DNA of 64,000 bases from Octopus sinensis (GCF_006345805.1 NC_043003.1:96162001-96226000); one strand, 5' to 3'. Numbered from the stretch's first letter, positions 11,317-25,740 are shown. The notes: generated by a model from the letters alone, not told the origin. Program-made: numbers and translations.

Positions 11317-12546
11317 GTAGATAATGTACTTTTGTTGCTGTCATTATAATATTCTTTGTGTATATTCATAGCATTTAATTGATACTATGAGCTCTAGGTA
11401 CACGAAATTTGCAATCTCATCTCAGTTTAATATATTATGAATTGTCTGAGACAAAATTTTCCAACATAGTTATATGAATGCTAGTAATAATCTTTTTATT
11501 TCTCTTCCCCTCACTTATATTAATTATTGAATAAAAACATACACACTGCAGTGAACAGAAGCAGACTAAGCAGACAGATTGCTGCATGTTTTGTTGTTTA
11601 CTGTCTACTTGGTTGACGGTAAATGTAATATATTTTAAAAAGATGATGACCAAATCTTAGAAAAAATATCTTGAAAACTACTTTAATAATTTGCTCAAGA
11701 AGATGTTGCTAATCAATTTAAAATTAAGAACTCTCCTGCAAACTAAATTTGGAATGCCATGATATAGTATTAGCATACCAGGCAAATACAGAAGTAACCT
11801 GATTGTTTAAAATGGTTTGTGTACAATATTTCAGCATAATTTGGGACTCTATTATAATCATTGTTGTCTTCAATATGTAAGATGACTAGAAATCAATTTT
11901 ACTGAAAGAGTAACTAATTTAACACTTATAGTTGACAAGTAAACATAAGAACTAATCTGAAGAAATTAGTGACAGTCTGTATTGAAAAATAAATTATAAA
12001 ATCATTTCTTTGTAGAGAAGTCTGTTCTGGCTTTTGAGTAATTCAGGGAGAGAGAGTCTTTCATCTAGAAAACATTTTGAGCAGAGTCCTTCTTCAAAGA
12101 AATGAGAAATACTTTACAATTCTTTGAAGAAAGACTCTGCTCAAAATGTTTGAACTTGCTCCTCCTCTTGAATTACAATCATGCTTTATTGAACAAATTT
12201 TATATACTAACCATATCCAACATGGTACTTGTTATAATTCATACTGGTCTGGAGAGGTGGAGTGGAAGAAATGATAAGGTCAGACTAAATATCTAAATTC
12301 AAGTCACATTTGTTTCAAGGTTGACTTCGAATCCTTTGAAGTACCAGGCACACACTGTATTAATTTGAGTAAATACATCCTTTTCAAATATATAACCTAA
12401 TGCTGCTGCATTATTCCACTGTTAATGTTTGTAGAGGCTAGAAATAATGAAACACTGGACAAAATGTCAGTGTCACACCTTTGTGTTCTGATTTAAAATC
12501 TAGCAATGGCTGATTTTGATTTTCATTCCTCTATGTTCAATAAAGT

Positions 12547-12955
12547 AGGAGTGGCTGTGTGGTAAGTATCTTGCTTACGAATCACATGGTTCCAGGTTCA
12601 GCCCCACTGCGTGGCACCTTGGGCAAGTGTCTTCTACTATAGTCTCGGGCTGACCAAAGGCTTGTGAGTGGATTTGGTAGATGGAAACTGAAAGAAGCCC
12701 GTCATATATATGTATATATATATATATATGTGTGCGTGTGTATATTTGTGTGTCTGTTTGTCACCCCCAACATTGCTTGACAACCGATGCTGGTGTGTTT
12801 ATGTCCCTGTAACTTAGCAGTTCGGCAAAAGAGACTGATAGAATAAGCACTAAGCTTTCAAAGAATAAGTCCTGGGGTCGGTTTTCTCGAATAAAGGCGG
12901 TGCTCCAGCATGGCTGCAGTCAAATGACTGAAACAAGTAAAAGAGAGAAAAGAGA
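12547..12955 (+). mobile_element. tRNA-derived SINE family 1, full length
   Basis: A box gtggctgtgtgg, B box ggttcagccc, CORE-like ccttgggcaagtg, internal (TA)n/(TG)n, tail gactgaaacaagtaaaagag. Confidence 0.88.
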
Positions 12956-15542
12956 GAATATACATTGTAAATAAACATTTTAAAGGTGATCTGAATTATA
13001 ACTTCCTATTGAAATTTCTTATTAATTTACATTCCAAACATCAGTTTAATATTGATGCAGTTATTTTACTGTATTCTTCATTGTTTTTGAAATTAATTGG
13101 AAGAAAACAGTGAATTTCAAAAGAAATGTGATAACAAAAGTATGTTGTAAGCTAGGTACCATAAAATGGCTCACATATTGTAACCACCAGTATATATGAT
13201 GTACTGGTGGTTACAAGATATGATTCCTTGATCTATTAATATCACAGCTTGTCTGATAAATTATTGACATTAGCCACCGTTTTCCCCCCACAATATATAA
13301 ACAACAATGATACAGTTGGAGGATAAAGGCTGTTGTTTGTAATTGATTAATGCATGAAAATCTTATAATTTCAACTGGATTTGATGACCTATGTTCAGGT
13401 ATGAAAAAGAATGATAAATCCAAGCTTAGGATTAGCAAATAGTAAGAACTGCTTAGGACTGAAGCAATTGCTGACTCGTGGTGGAATATCTGATTTTTTC
13501 TTAATACTTAGAGGCAATAATAATTTATTTTTTGTTTTTGTTAGTAATTGATGTAGACTTCAGTTGTTAAATACTTTCATACATCGTTTTAATGTCCAGT
13601 TTTTCATGCTAGCACGGGTTGGATATGATTTTTTATTGAGGCAGATTTTCTGTGGATGGATGACTATCCTAATGTCAACCCTCACCTGTTTCCAAGTAAA
13701 GTGATATTTCCCCATGGCCAGACATATTCTCATAGAATATTAGAAATGAACGACCCTGCTTCATTTACAAACTATCACATGCTGTCAAGACAAGGAGACA
13801 AAAACATACACTCACAGCCATACACACACACACACACACACACACAGAGCTTGAAATCATGTGACTGGGAAGCAAACTTCTTAACTGTAGCCGTGCTTGT
13901 CTATTATATGTGTGTGTGTATGTTAATAAGATTACAAATTTTTGAACTATTAATTCTGTGGAGAAGAAACATAACTATCATCATCATCATCATTTAGTGT
14001 TTGTTTTCCGTACCGGCATATATGTTAATTTTTTTTTTATCTCTTAAAAATGGATGTTCTGTTAGAACAAACTGTAATGTGGTAGACACCATGAGGGACA
14101 CTCTCACATTAGTTGTTTTTGGTGCAAAATGCACATATGCTTTTATCGCTAGCAAGGAGATAAATCCCTGCTACCTTCACCCCAAAGACCACTAGGTCAC
14201 ATGATTTTGACCTTCTTTAGTCTTATCAATGATAGACACTTGACTGCTAGAGATAGCAGCAACTCATCTCCTTGCCAGCAATTCAGGTGCTGATGTTGCA
14301 ATTAGCCAGTTCATCTGTTAAAAAATATTTATTAGCGACAGAGGCAATATTTAAGTGGGGATAAATATTACCTCTCGGTATTAATACACCTCTGTTGCTA
14401 ATGAATAAGTGTATATAAATATTCATATACACCATCTTCTACTCATTCCTGTGTCTGAGAAATTCACTTTCCTCTTGATTGAATGGTTTGTTCATGTTGA
14501 TGTTGATGAAAAGTCTAATCCTCATGTGAAACAGGCGGGTACAAAGATGGCAAAGAGTTGGCAGTGTGCATTTTGTATTCTTTATGTTTTATACATATCC
14601 ATATATAAAGTGCATATACATACACACACACATATGCATACTTGTATATTTAGTTAGAATTTAATCTAGGTTTGTATTGCTAAAAGTTTTAGAAATACAT
14701 AATTATCTGATCATTTAGACAGATCAGTATTGAGTGGTGAGGCAGTCATGACTTCTAAATAAGGCTGATTGTCTTATTGGCTATCTTGAACCAAATTGTG
14801 GAATTGCTAACATGGTGGTTGCCGGTAAAGGAGTGAGAATTCTATGACATAATAGGTAGAAGTAATTTCCTTTGCTTTTGTTAGAAATTTTGGTGGAATA
14901 AAATTTCTATTAAAATATAATAGCCAGTGACTTAAAATTAGCAAGAAAAAATTTCTTGATAACAGCAAAATAATGCACATACTTACACATGTATACATGT
15001 GCACACACACACACACACACTATGAGAAAGTAAATTTCACATGCATCATATAACATTAAAAAGAATCCAAAAAGGAATATGCATTGATATCTTTATGATG
15101 AAACTTTATAATAAAAATGAAATGTTCATGTAGCCATCATAAAATCCTTTTAATCTTTGCAAATGGTTTCACCTCTTTCATGATAATCATGGCTTTGTAT
15201 TTATTAATGGTTGTATAAATTCACAACTAGAATGTTATTCACATTAACAGGGTTAATGAATGTTGTTAATAGTAATAAATTGTTGTTAATAGTAATAAAT
15301 TAAATATTTAACATTCTTCAATTAATAATAACATATATAACATATATTGGCGTTAGGAAGGGTACACTGGCATTAGGAAGGGCATCCAGCCATAGAAACA
15401 TTGCCAGATCAGACTGGGCCTGGTGCAGCCTCCTGGCTTCCCAGACCCCAGTTGAACCGTCCAACCCATGCCAGCATGGAAAGCGGATGCTAAACGATGA
15501 TGGTGATAAATAGGAATATAGATGTTAATCCATTGATTTATC

Positions 15543-16539
15543 TGTAGTGGACTGTCTCTCTCTCTCTGTTATATATACATGAATACGGACATAGTAGATA
15601 ACAGCTACCCTTCTGCCGCTTGGACCCTGTTCTGTCCACTACTCTGATTGGTTGGTGTTGGCGCAGTTTGTCTCTTGCTCTATTATGCGCCAATGTACAA
15701 CCCAACCAATCGCAGCCTTCTGATAAAGTCATGAGAGACAGTCTCTTCCAAATACTCCGGTGAGCCGATAGTTTGCTATAAAATGCTAGCTTCAACACCA
15801 ACACGAAGTCAGTCAGTTCCAGACCTTTTTAGGTTGAGCCACTGACCACACAGGACACAACCAGTTCCAGCAACAACACCAGCAGCCACAATGGAGACTC
15901 AACACTCGACCAACAGCATACAGCAATCTCCATCTCCGTCGCCTTCATCTTAACATCATTAACATCTCTCTGCGTACACAGCAACATTCGCACAGGTTCA
16001 TCTCAACACTGTTCATGAATTATTTCACCTTGGTTAACAGCAAACACAACCTGCGAGAATCTTCTGTATGAAGTAACCTGGCAGCAGCATTGTAGCCACC
16101 ACTTCATACAACACGTACCGCACAGGCTCTGCTACTTCGCCTCAACTTCTTGTTACAGCACTTCACCATTGTGCACCTTGACTACGAACTGGTATTTATT
16201 CATCCTTGTGTCTAGACATTTTTCTAGCATCCTATTATAGACTCTTTCAATGCTCTGTACTTATCGCACATGCATACATCCATGTTTCTACATACACACT
16301 TTGTATACATGATGGCCTGTATATTGTTATTATTATTATTATGCATATATGACGCACACACAGACACACATATTAATCTATCAATAAAATCTTCTCTTTA
16401 ACATTCTACCAGTTGTGTCTCACACTTTTCCTGCTGGCACTCATACTCATTTATTCTTTTCGTATATATTGTAATCGACCGTGTGATGTATTAAAGGAGC
16501 CACTCATCGTCACCTCTCCTTTGCACGGTTGCTTCTACA
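15543..16539 (+). mobile_element. Probable solo LTR
   Basis: TGTAG...CTACA termini, CCAAT boxes (~15645 and ~15706), TATAAAA at 15777, AATAAA at 16383, higher GC and CpG than the flanks. No clear TSD. Confidence 0.5.
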
Positions 16540-16784
16540 AATTTTTACATACGTAAATGCAGTCAATCTTTTGCATTTCTTTCTGTTGATTGTAGTTTTT
16601 AACTTTTTGCATTGCATATTCTCTTTTAGCATAGATAAAAGAATCCTGCACTCCCTTCATTAATTTAACCCTTTAGTCTTGAAACTGGCTGTATCCGGCC
16701 AAAATATTTTACAAGTTTTATATTCAAATCAGCCAGATCTAGCCTCTCACACCTGCACACATATGGATACATACATGCATGCAT

Positions 16785-16815
<31 letters not shown>

Positions 16816-18904
16816 TACACACACACACGACGGGCTTCTTTCAATTTCCATCTACCAAATCCACTCACAAAGCTTTGGTTGGCCCAAGACTACAGCAGAA
16901 AATACATGTCCAAGGTGCCATGCAGTGGGACTGAACCTGGAGCCATCTGGTTGGGAAGCAAGCTGCTTACCACACAGCCATGCCTGCACCTGAAGCTGAA
17001 TTTCTTTGGTATATCGTGAAATTTTTTTACAAACATTACTCACAATTATATAATAGACATTATAAAATTCTGGCCCCAAAATTTTGCATGTGAATTACCA
17101 TAATGCCTTAGAAAGGAATTAATCATCTAAAGATTAAAATTCACCCTCCTATTTCATGCTTCGTGTTAATTGTCATCAAAATGCTGGAACCATGATGAGA
17201 ACCAACATAGCCCCAACCTATGCAGATTTTGTTTTGGGATATTCGAATCACTACAATATATTAATAATCACTACAAAAATATGGAAATGCTTTCGATTAA
17301 TATATATAAGTATGTTATAATTGTCATATTTACAAATGATGTAGCATATATCATGAAATGATGTATAGCAAGACAGAACTACAAGTCCACACATACATGT
17401 ATACTCTCATGCTTTGCTATTGATGAAGTTCAGTATAAAATCACGTCTAATAGCTATGTATGTGTGCATTCATATGCCCCTATGATATAGATCTATACCC
17501 GGATAGGTGTATATCTGAGGCTCCCATAGCTAACATATGGCTTAGTGTAGAATCATTATTGCCCACTGTGGAAAATAATTATTAAGATTGTAATAGTTAT
17601 GAAGTGGGGAGGGGGCCCAGGGTTTGATCCAGGATTAGACTGAACTAGTTTAAATTAGCCTAAGCTAATCTAATTAAGTGAATTAGAGTATTGAGAAGTC
17701 AAGATGCTGTTGGGTATAGAAGAGGTGAGAAACTCAGTAGAAATCAGTTGCATGAACAGGGATGATATCATAGATATTAAGGGCTTATAGATGTAAGCTT
17801 CAAAGTAATAGTTTCTGAAAGGTTGATAGCGGTGATTTATTGTGGGATTCTTTTTCTATTTGTAGACAGTGGAAACATATTTTGGTGGGAGGTATTGTTG
17901 AGTTTTGATAGCTGAAGGGCCCTAGTATTAGAAGTACTTTGGTTAAGGGTATATGGTAAATTTTCATTGGTGGGAATATAATTTTAGGATCTATGTATGC
18001 TATTAGGCATGTGTAGAGAGTGTATAGCAGCATTTGGAGGTTATAATTTGTTTAAACAGTAACATATCAAATACACAAAAATGTGTTTGGCTAATCATTT
18101 TCCCAATTATACATCAAGGATATTCCCCGTATTAGTTTTTCTACTACTTGTCATATGCTTATATTCACTATCCCATTGTCCCTTAAGATAATTAGGTACT
18201 GCAAATTAGGAGATTTATATCTAACTTTCTTCTATGGTTGTAGAATTAATCCTTCAGCATTCAGATTATTCAGTCAAATGTAATGCTTATTTATTCACAT
18301 TGTTTTCAATTAATAATGCCTTATCTCATAGCTTCGAAATTTCAGTGATGTGATTGTTTATTTTTAGAATGACATAGTAGGGTAGGTGTTGGAGGTGGGA
18401 TATGGCCAAATTGGATATAAAGCAGGTAGTTCAAATGCTAAAGGGTTGATGTTTATTTTCTTATAGGTTTTGCCACATCTTTGAACATGATGAAAGAATT
18501 CCAGTCATGACCATTCTATATCTTTTTTTTTGTGTGTGTTACTGTGCCTTCTGATGTACGTTGTATAATGTGTCCTGTTTTTAAGATGGTGGCATGTTGT
18601 GATGAACATGAAGATTTGATTGCTATTTCTTGCAGGTTGAAGGTACAAGGCTATCTCTGGGTTTTATGAAACTCCTACTTAACAGACTACCTGATATTTT
18701 GTAGTTGCTGTATTCTGTTATATTTTGACTGGAATTTATTTAATAAAGGAAGCACTATTAATATAATGGATTGGATTGTATCAAAATTGGCCCAGTCTCT
18801 TGTTTATACAAATTAAATGACCTTAGCTCATACTAAAGACAACACTTGTAAACTAAAAAGTTGTTCTGCTTATTGCAATAACATGTTTTATTGCTATTTT
18901 CCAG

Positions 18905-19001
18905 TTCCGAGCTGGTGTGGAAATCATCTGGCCGTTATGCCTTTTTCTAATACTTGTTGCTGTCAAGACGCGGCCAGATCTCATTAAACAAAAGGAAGAA
19001 T
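18905..19001 (+). CDS. ABCA1: ABCA1-like coding exon 2 (FRAGVEIIWPLCLFLILVAVKTRPDLIKQKEE+C), TM1
   Basis: ttttccag acceptor, GTAAGT donor at 19002, 97 nt, phase 0 to 1. Matches ABCA1 LLEVAWPLFIFLILISVR...HEC. Confidence 0.95.
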
Positions 19002-19055
19002 GTAAGTAATCCATTCAGTTTTTACATTTTGATGTCATGTAATATTCTAGATTGA

Positions 19056-19288
19056 TTAACCTTTTTGATACCTGCCCACCTGAAATTCCCTCTGGTTCTA
19101 TGATACAAACATCATATGTTAAAGTGGTTTAAATCAAAATCTTCCTTTGAAACTTCACGATGATTTATGGTCCAAACCAAAGATTAATAATGCCAAAATT
19201 ATTTTACTAAATTCTTCATCATTAGTTTCAAGATTAATTAAAACAAAAGTAGTGCATTTCAATAGAAATTTGGTAATAAAAGGATTAA
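19056..19288. mobile_element. piggyBac-type MITE family C (related ~12975-13140, 27340-27567, 55880-56120)
   Basis: ttaacctttttgatacc...ggtaataaaaggattaa termini with shared AT-rich interior. Confidence 0.65.
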
Positions 19289-20042
19289 AAGGAAGAATTC
19301 AATAAAATATACAATGGATAGCTTGAAAACAAACACGACTTTGGCATACTTTGAAATTTAGAGGATTGCCATTTAAGTTTAGAAAAAAAAAAAAAGAATT
19401 TTGATATAATTTAACTTAAACTAGTTAGAATGAAATTTTAAATGAACACAAATATTTTTAATGACATTTCTTTTTATAGTTTAGTCAGGAGGAATGAGCT
19501 GTGCTGCAATCTTATCACAGGCCCTCCTTTACTGGTGCTGCACCAGTAAAGTCTTCAACTTAAACAGCTGCAAGCTGACATGACACTTGCAGATAATAAG
19601 TGAGGAACAGGAAGAACATTTCAGAAGGTTAATATTCTAGGGAGTAACAGTTGTGTGCAATGGTTAATGATTCAGTATGCAGGCACTGTGGAAAATAATT
19701 ACATATTAAAAGATGCTTTCCTTTCATTCATATTTGGTAGCTGTAGCCTTGATGAGGAGAAAGTGATCTCATCAGACAGTGCCCAATGTTCAGTAATGGT
19801 GGTGGTGGTGGTGGTGGGGGGGTTGTTAGATGCTAAATTATAACACTCTCATTATTTTGAATAAGTACTTGAAAATACTGGAGCACAATCCTAGCAAGCT
19901 CTAAGAGCACTGTTCTTTTGAACATTGAAAAGGCATTAAAATCGAGAGAACAAGATCCTTGTTAGCTCCCAAATACTCTACTGGAATGCACACCACCTGA
20001 GATAAGAGGAAGGAAGCTGTAGCTGTTATGTTACGTCTAAAG

Positions 20043-20296
20043 CAGTGGTTCTCAGCCAGGGTCTGTGTGACCCTATGGGGTCCATATAAGATTATGTTGT
20101 TAAAGCATATGAGTAATAAATTGGTTGTACTTCTACAATATACAAATATTTTAGCAATTTTTTTAATACAATTCCTAATGATATATAATTATAAAAATAT
20201 GAAATTTTTTTTTGTAACAGGGTGGGGGTGGCTGTGCAGTAGAATAAAATAGAAATCAAAGGCCTCCATAAGCAAAACAATGGTTGAGAATCTCTG
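20043..20296. mobile_element. hAT (Charlie-like) MITE
   Basis: cagtggttctcagcc / ggttgagaatctctg TIRs. Degenerate 8-bp TSD gtctaaag / atcttaag. Confidence 0.75.
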
Positions 20297-20931
20297 ATCT
20301 TAAGCAACTTGCTTGTCTCTTTTGTGACAATCAGGTTGGCCTCAGACTCTGGTTTACAAAAAAAAAAAAAAAAAAAGAAAAAGAAGAAAAAACAGGCTTA
20401 TATTGAAATGAAGAGGATTATATTGAGAATACAACATTGCATTCCTTACCATACTCCATGTCAGAGTGTGCAGTATGGTCCTCCTCTTGACCGATGCAAA
20501 GCATACCTGGAACAATGAATCCAGTTATTCAACCTAGCCTTTAGGCAGACATAGGTAGTAAGCAGGATATACTTTTAGGTTTAATATCATCACTTATACC
20601 CTTAGTAGAATTCATTTTGGTGCAAGCATGAACAACTGTTTTCTACATGCCCACATTTTCTCTATATATCCAAATGTTGCCTGCAAATGGTTCAGCTGCA
20701 TCAATCTCACCAATCTGTGATGGCCTGCAAAGATTATGGGGCACTACTTGTTCTCCTCTTCTAAAAAACAGCATTAGCATTATGAAATTGAATATCATCA
20801 ATCTCAGTGTTAGGATTTGAGCCTAATGTATCAAATTCTAAATTCCTTAATTTCCCAAATAACATGTATTTATCTTTCGTTTTTGGATTTGGTTTGCAAG
20901 ATTCTTTATATGAGTTCATGTGTTGAAGCAT

Positions 20932-21156
20932 ATTCTGTTGTGTCTGGGGAGAGTCATTCTCTTTTAGTGCCTTATTATTTAACACATTCGCCGGTAAAAT
21001 TTCCACTTATTTCTTATTTTTATTTTCAATTGAAAAGGTTGCAAGACGCAACGAAAATTTTAGAAAATAAAAATAAGAAATAAGTGGAAATTTTACCGGT
21101 GAGTGTTAAATAATAAGGCACTAAAAGAGAATGACTCTCCCCAGACACAACAGAAT
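20932..21156. repeat. Near-perfect ~95-bp hairpin with a 35-nt loop carrying a U3-A8 hammerhead-like motif
   Basis: Arms 20932-21027 and 21063-21156. Loop reads aaTTGAAAAg-gttgc-aagac-gcaac-GAAAatttta. Confidence 0.9.
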
Positions 21157-23234
21157 GTATTTATCTATCTGTTTTAAATGAACTTTGACATCTATGTTGC
21201 TGTTATCGTTTTGTTGGTACTTTTTGTGTTACTTAGTAGTGAACAGAATTAGGTTGCTTTTATTAATGGAACAGTTAATGCTAGTATATTTAATGAACAG
21301 ACCATTAAAATGTTAACTAGAAATAAATATGTGATATTTGGTGAAGAAAAATGTTGTTAGTCAATAATATGTTATTATCATTTTCCCAGTAAGTAAGGAA
21401 AGTACATGTTTCAGTGTTATTCTGACCTCCTTAGTGTTGCATATTGCATATCTTATCCTAGTGTGATATGAAGATAAGAATGACAAATGACAGATGCGGT
21501 CACCATAAAGAGACATCTGTATGCCAGTGAATTACTGTAATAGATGCTTGGACAACATGAGTACCATTGTCTGAGTCTATATGATTAGAATCTAGTGACA
21601 GACCAGTAATCATGTGAAACTGGATTTTGCATGAGAGTGCCCCTCATCTAGAAGGATGCTTGTTTAATGTGGATCCTTGTCCACTTGTATGTTGTTGTCG
21701 GCACTGTAATATTATCACCACTATTATGTTGTGGCAGTATTCCACATCTTATTATCTTTGGCTTGTCTATCTTGCTCTTGCTGATAGCTCCCCAAGAGAA
21801 TGACTTTGAAACATCTACCTTGATGGTAACTCAAACTCGTATGTATCATATAACTGACACTGACTCCAGCTGAGAACTCGTGCAACGACTCTACTACTAC
21901 TGATTTCCTACAATGACTGACTGTCTGACTTTATAGTGGCTTGTTCATATCACTTTGTTATGTGGGAAGGGGTGTACCATTTTCACTACCACAATACTGT
22001 GATGACTGCTAGGAATTTCTCACTCCTTGTTGTTTTTATTTACATGCTACTTAACTCATAGCTGAGACCCTGGTAGGTGCTACTGTTTCAGGTCCGAGTT
22101 GATCTGGGAACAATAGTAGTTAAGAGATAGTCCCACATTCCTCTAAATTCTGGAACTCCCAAACTAGATCCCCACTCATTGATGCAGTTGAAAGTCAAAC
22201 CCAGGACATATGTGCACACTTATATATGACATATATATATGATGAAATTCTCTTTCCAAAAAGATCTATTACTTCATTTCTGAACTTACAACATTGAAAT
22301 AACATGTCTGAAAATTGATTAGGATGTATTGATTTGGTCCTGATTAAACCTGGTGAATAATTGATAATTAAATGACCATAAATGTATCATTTTCAAGAAC
22401 TAATTGTGATTTCACAAATCCTTATCATATCTAACTATCTTAGAACATTGCCAAAACTTTGTGATAGATTATGTTTCAGTGAACAATTTATCTTTGGTGC
22501 TGGCTCAATCATTAAAAATTGGCAGGAATTATTGTAGTTCATGTAAACGACCAATTTATTGTTAATTTGGTAAATCTTCTACACACTAGAGAAGTCCAAC
22601 GATGTTGAAAATAACCGACTAAATTTCACTTTTATCTTAATTATGCATACGCTCTGAGAAAATAGTTTTGCTAATTGATGTAATGTAGTGTGTCTGCATG
22701 AAGTTGATTTAAATATCGTTATTATTATTGCTTCAGTGCTTTATGTTATTTTGAGAATATTTGAATGTTTATTAAGTGAAAGGGAAAGAAATTATATATT
22801 TTTAATTATTATAATGATTACCACACGATAAATGCCTATGATTATTGCAACTTCAATGTTTGTCTTAATTTTGTTTTTAATGACTGAATGATAGTTTAAA
22901 TTGCTGATCTTTAATAGTTTTCTTCTTATGAGAGGTGATGGTGGTGGAAATGTGAGAGCAATGAAATATATGCATCTCAATATTTATATTCACAAGCTGG
23001 ACCCGTGAAAAGTTCACGGAAAACATAAAAAAATGTAAGCATATGTAAATTGTATGCTAGTGCCATGAGAAATGCTTCTATATTTTGACAGTTACAGATT
23101 ATAGAAACTACATAATCCAACCAAAATATCTCAGTTATGCAAATGTAAACAGAATTACTATTTATCCTTAAAATACATCGTACATATTCAAAGAACCTTC
23201 TTGGTTTAGTGGTACAGAACATTCTTCTGGTATT

Positions 23235-23443
23235 CTTTTACTTGTTTCAGTCATTTGATAGTGGCCATGCTGGAGTACCACCCTTTAGTCAAAGAAATCG
23301 GCCCCTGGACTTATTCCCTGTAAGCTTGGTGCTTCTATCAGTCTCTTCTGAACAACTAAGTTACAAGGAAGCAAACACACCAACATCGGTTGTCAAACAA
23401 TGGTGGGGGAGGACAAACACAGACACACACAAACACACATAAA

Positions 23444-23492
<49 letters not shown>

Positions 23493-23567
23493 AGGCTTCC
23501 TTCAGTTTCTGTCTACCAAATTCACTCGCGAGGCTTTGGTTGGCCCAAGGCTATAGTAGAAGACACT
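23235..23567 (-). mobile_element. tRNA-derived SINE family 1, 5'-truncated
   Basis: Reverse complement of the family body and tail, with (TA)n. Confidence 0.8.
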
Positions 23568-24312
23568 CTTTAAAGTATAGAGTTGAATTTTGTGTAGCCA
23601 CCTGTTGGTAACTTTTCTCCCACACCCATTTTGTAGGTTGTATTACCCATTTTTCTAGGCTCTTTTCACAGCTATACTCTGTTCAAAATTTGCATTAGTT
23701 TTTATATGCCAAAAAATCAAAAAACAAAAGGAGAGGGATGTTTCTTTGTAGTTTTAGAGAAAACATTAAACGTACCTGAGAAAAACATGGTCTTTCCCCA
23801 CCTACTAAAAGACATGAAGAACTATAAAAGAAGGCGGATAAATACTGGTGGTGGGGGAAAGAAGAGAGAACTAACAGTCGATTGTTCTAGAACTCTCAGA
23901 ATAAAAATGTAAACACCTGAAAGACTTACCCTCTATTCATTACCAAGTGTCTTTCCCTCTTCTTCATTGTTAAAAGTAAAGAAGCTAGAAAAGATCAATC
24001 ATATTTCAGTCTAATTGTGATTGTAAATGACTGAGGCTTTTTTTTCTCTGTCTCTATTGCTTCACTCCTTTTCTCAATGGTTAAGAGGCTGAAGGTGCGA
24101 GGCTCAGTGGTTAAGGGTATTTGGCCCACGATTATAAAGTCATGAGTACTATTCCCTGCGGCCTGCTGTGTTATTGAGAGAAGTACTCTACTTCATCTTG
24201 CTGCAGTCCACTCAGCTGGCAAAAATGAGTTGCAGCTGTAATTCAAAGGGACCAGCCTTGTTACGTTCTGTGTGAGGCTGAATCTCCCTGAGAACTAACT
24301 TATGGTATGCAT

Positions 24313-24484
24313 AGGTGCAGGAGTGGCTGTGTGGTAAGTAGCTTGCTAACCAACCACATGGTTCCGGGTTCAGTTCCACTGCGTGGCATCTTGGGCAAGT
24401 GTCTTCTGCTATAGCCCCGGGCCAACCAATGCCTTGTGAGTGGATTTGGTAGATGGAAACTGAAAGAAGCCTGTCGTATATATG

Positions 24485-24517
<33 letters not shown>

Positions 24518-24715
24518 TTGTCCCCCTAGCATTGCTTGACAACCGATGCTGGTGTGTTTACGTCCCCGTCACTTAGCGGTTCGGCAAAAGAGACCGATAG
24601 AATAAGTACTGGGCTTACAAAGAATAAATCTCGGGGTCGATTTGCTCAACTAAAGGCGGTGCTCCAGCATGGCCGCAGTCAAATGACTGAAACAAGTAAA
24701 AGAGTAAAAAAGAGT
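24313..24715 (+). mobile_element. tRNA-derived SINE family 1, young copy nested in an older family-2 SINE (~24095-24815)
   Basis: CpG-rich and nearly identical to 40811-41166. The flanks join into the family-2 tail also seen at 25115-25260 and 41251-41440. Confidence 0.88.
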
Positions 24716-25466
24716 ATGTCTGTGTAGTACTCAGCCACTTGCACATTTTATGAGCAGGCTGGTCATTGATCAGATAAACAGGAGCCTCGTCATCATAACT
24801 GATGGAGTGCCATTTTCAAGAAGAGTGAAAGAAAAGGAAATGTTCCATATGTCATGTGTTTATTATAAGCAGTGAAAGCTAAGACAAAATAATTGCTATT
24901 CCGATGTGTAATCGCCCTTGACTCATGCTCAGTTTGATAACAGCCTGTGCATCAGAGTTTATCTGGAGGCAAAGCCTCGAGATCTGTGAGACCTACAAAT
25001 GCCACTGTTAGAACCGGATTAACACCCATAGTGACCCTAGCGACTAAAACGAGTTTCCTGCCCCTATAAAGGATCTATTTTTCATTTTCTTCTGACCACT
25101 TGAAGGTTTATCTTGCTCCAGTCCACTCAGCTGACCAAAATGAGTTGTAGCTGTAATTCTAAGGGACCAGCCTTGTCATACTCTGCGTGAGGCTGATTCT
25201 CCCTGAGAACTACATTAATGATATGCATGTCTGTGGAGTACTCAGCCACTTGCAAGTTAATTTTATCCTTGTGTGGTAATGAAAAGTGAAAGTGACATCC
25301 GATATTTGCTGTGTCTATGTATCAGCTTTTCTTTGGATCTATGTATCTACTGTGTCTCTCACTTTCTCTTGTTCTCTTTCACTTCCTCTGTGTCCCTCCT
25401 TTCTCCCGCTTTTAATTTAATAATGTGTGTATGTATCTATGTACCTACTTTTCTTGCGAGGTAATA

Positions 25467-25740
25467 AACATTTAAAAACACAAAACGCTGTCACCACTCA
25501 CTGTCTCTTTCATGCTCTCTCTCTCTTACTTCCTCTCTGAAACATTTAAAAACACAAAATGAAGGCTGTCACCACTCACTGTCTCTTTCACTCTCTTTCT
25601 CTCTCACTCTCTCGTTCTCTATCTTACTTCCTTTCTGAAACATTTAAAAACATGAAACGAATGCTGTCACAACTCACTGCCTCTTTCACTCTCTCTTTCT
25701 CTCTGTCCTCCTCTCTCTTTGCTTTGTCACTCACTTCTTC
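25467..25740. repeat. Three degenerate tandem copies of a 70-95-nt CT-rich unit
   Basis: aaacatttaaaaaca..ctgtcaccactcactgtctctttca.ctctct repeated at ~25467, 25541 and 25638. Confidence 0.75.

Noticed and set aside
14193-14240. Minus-strand U3-A8 hammerhead (TCA-TTGATAA-GACT..GGTC-AAAA)
   Set aside because: G12 is lost and no valid NUH triplet is in register. Too degenerate to call.
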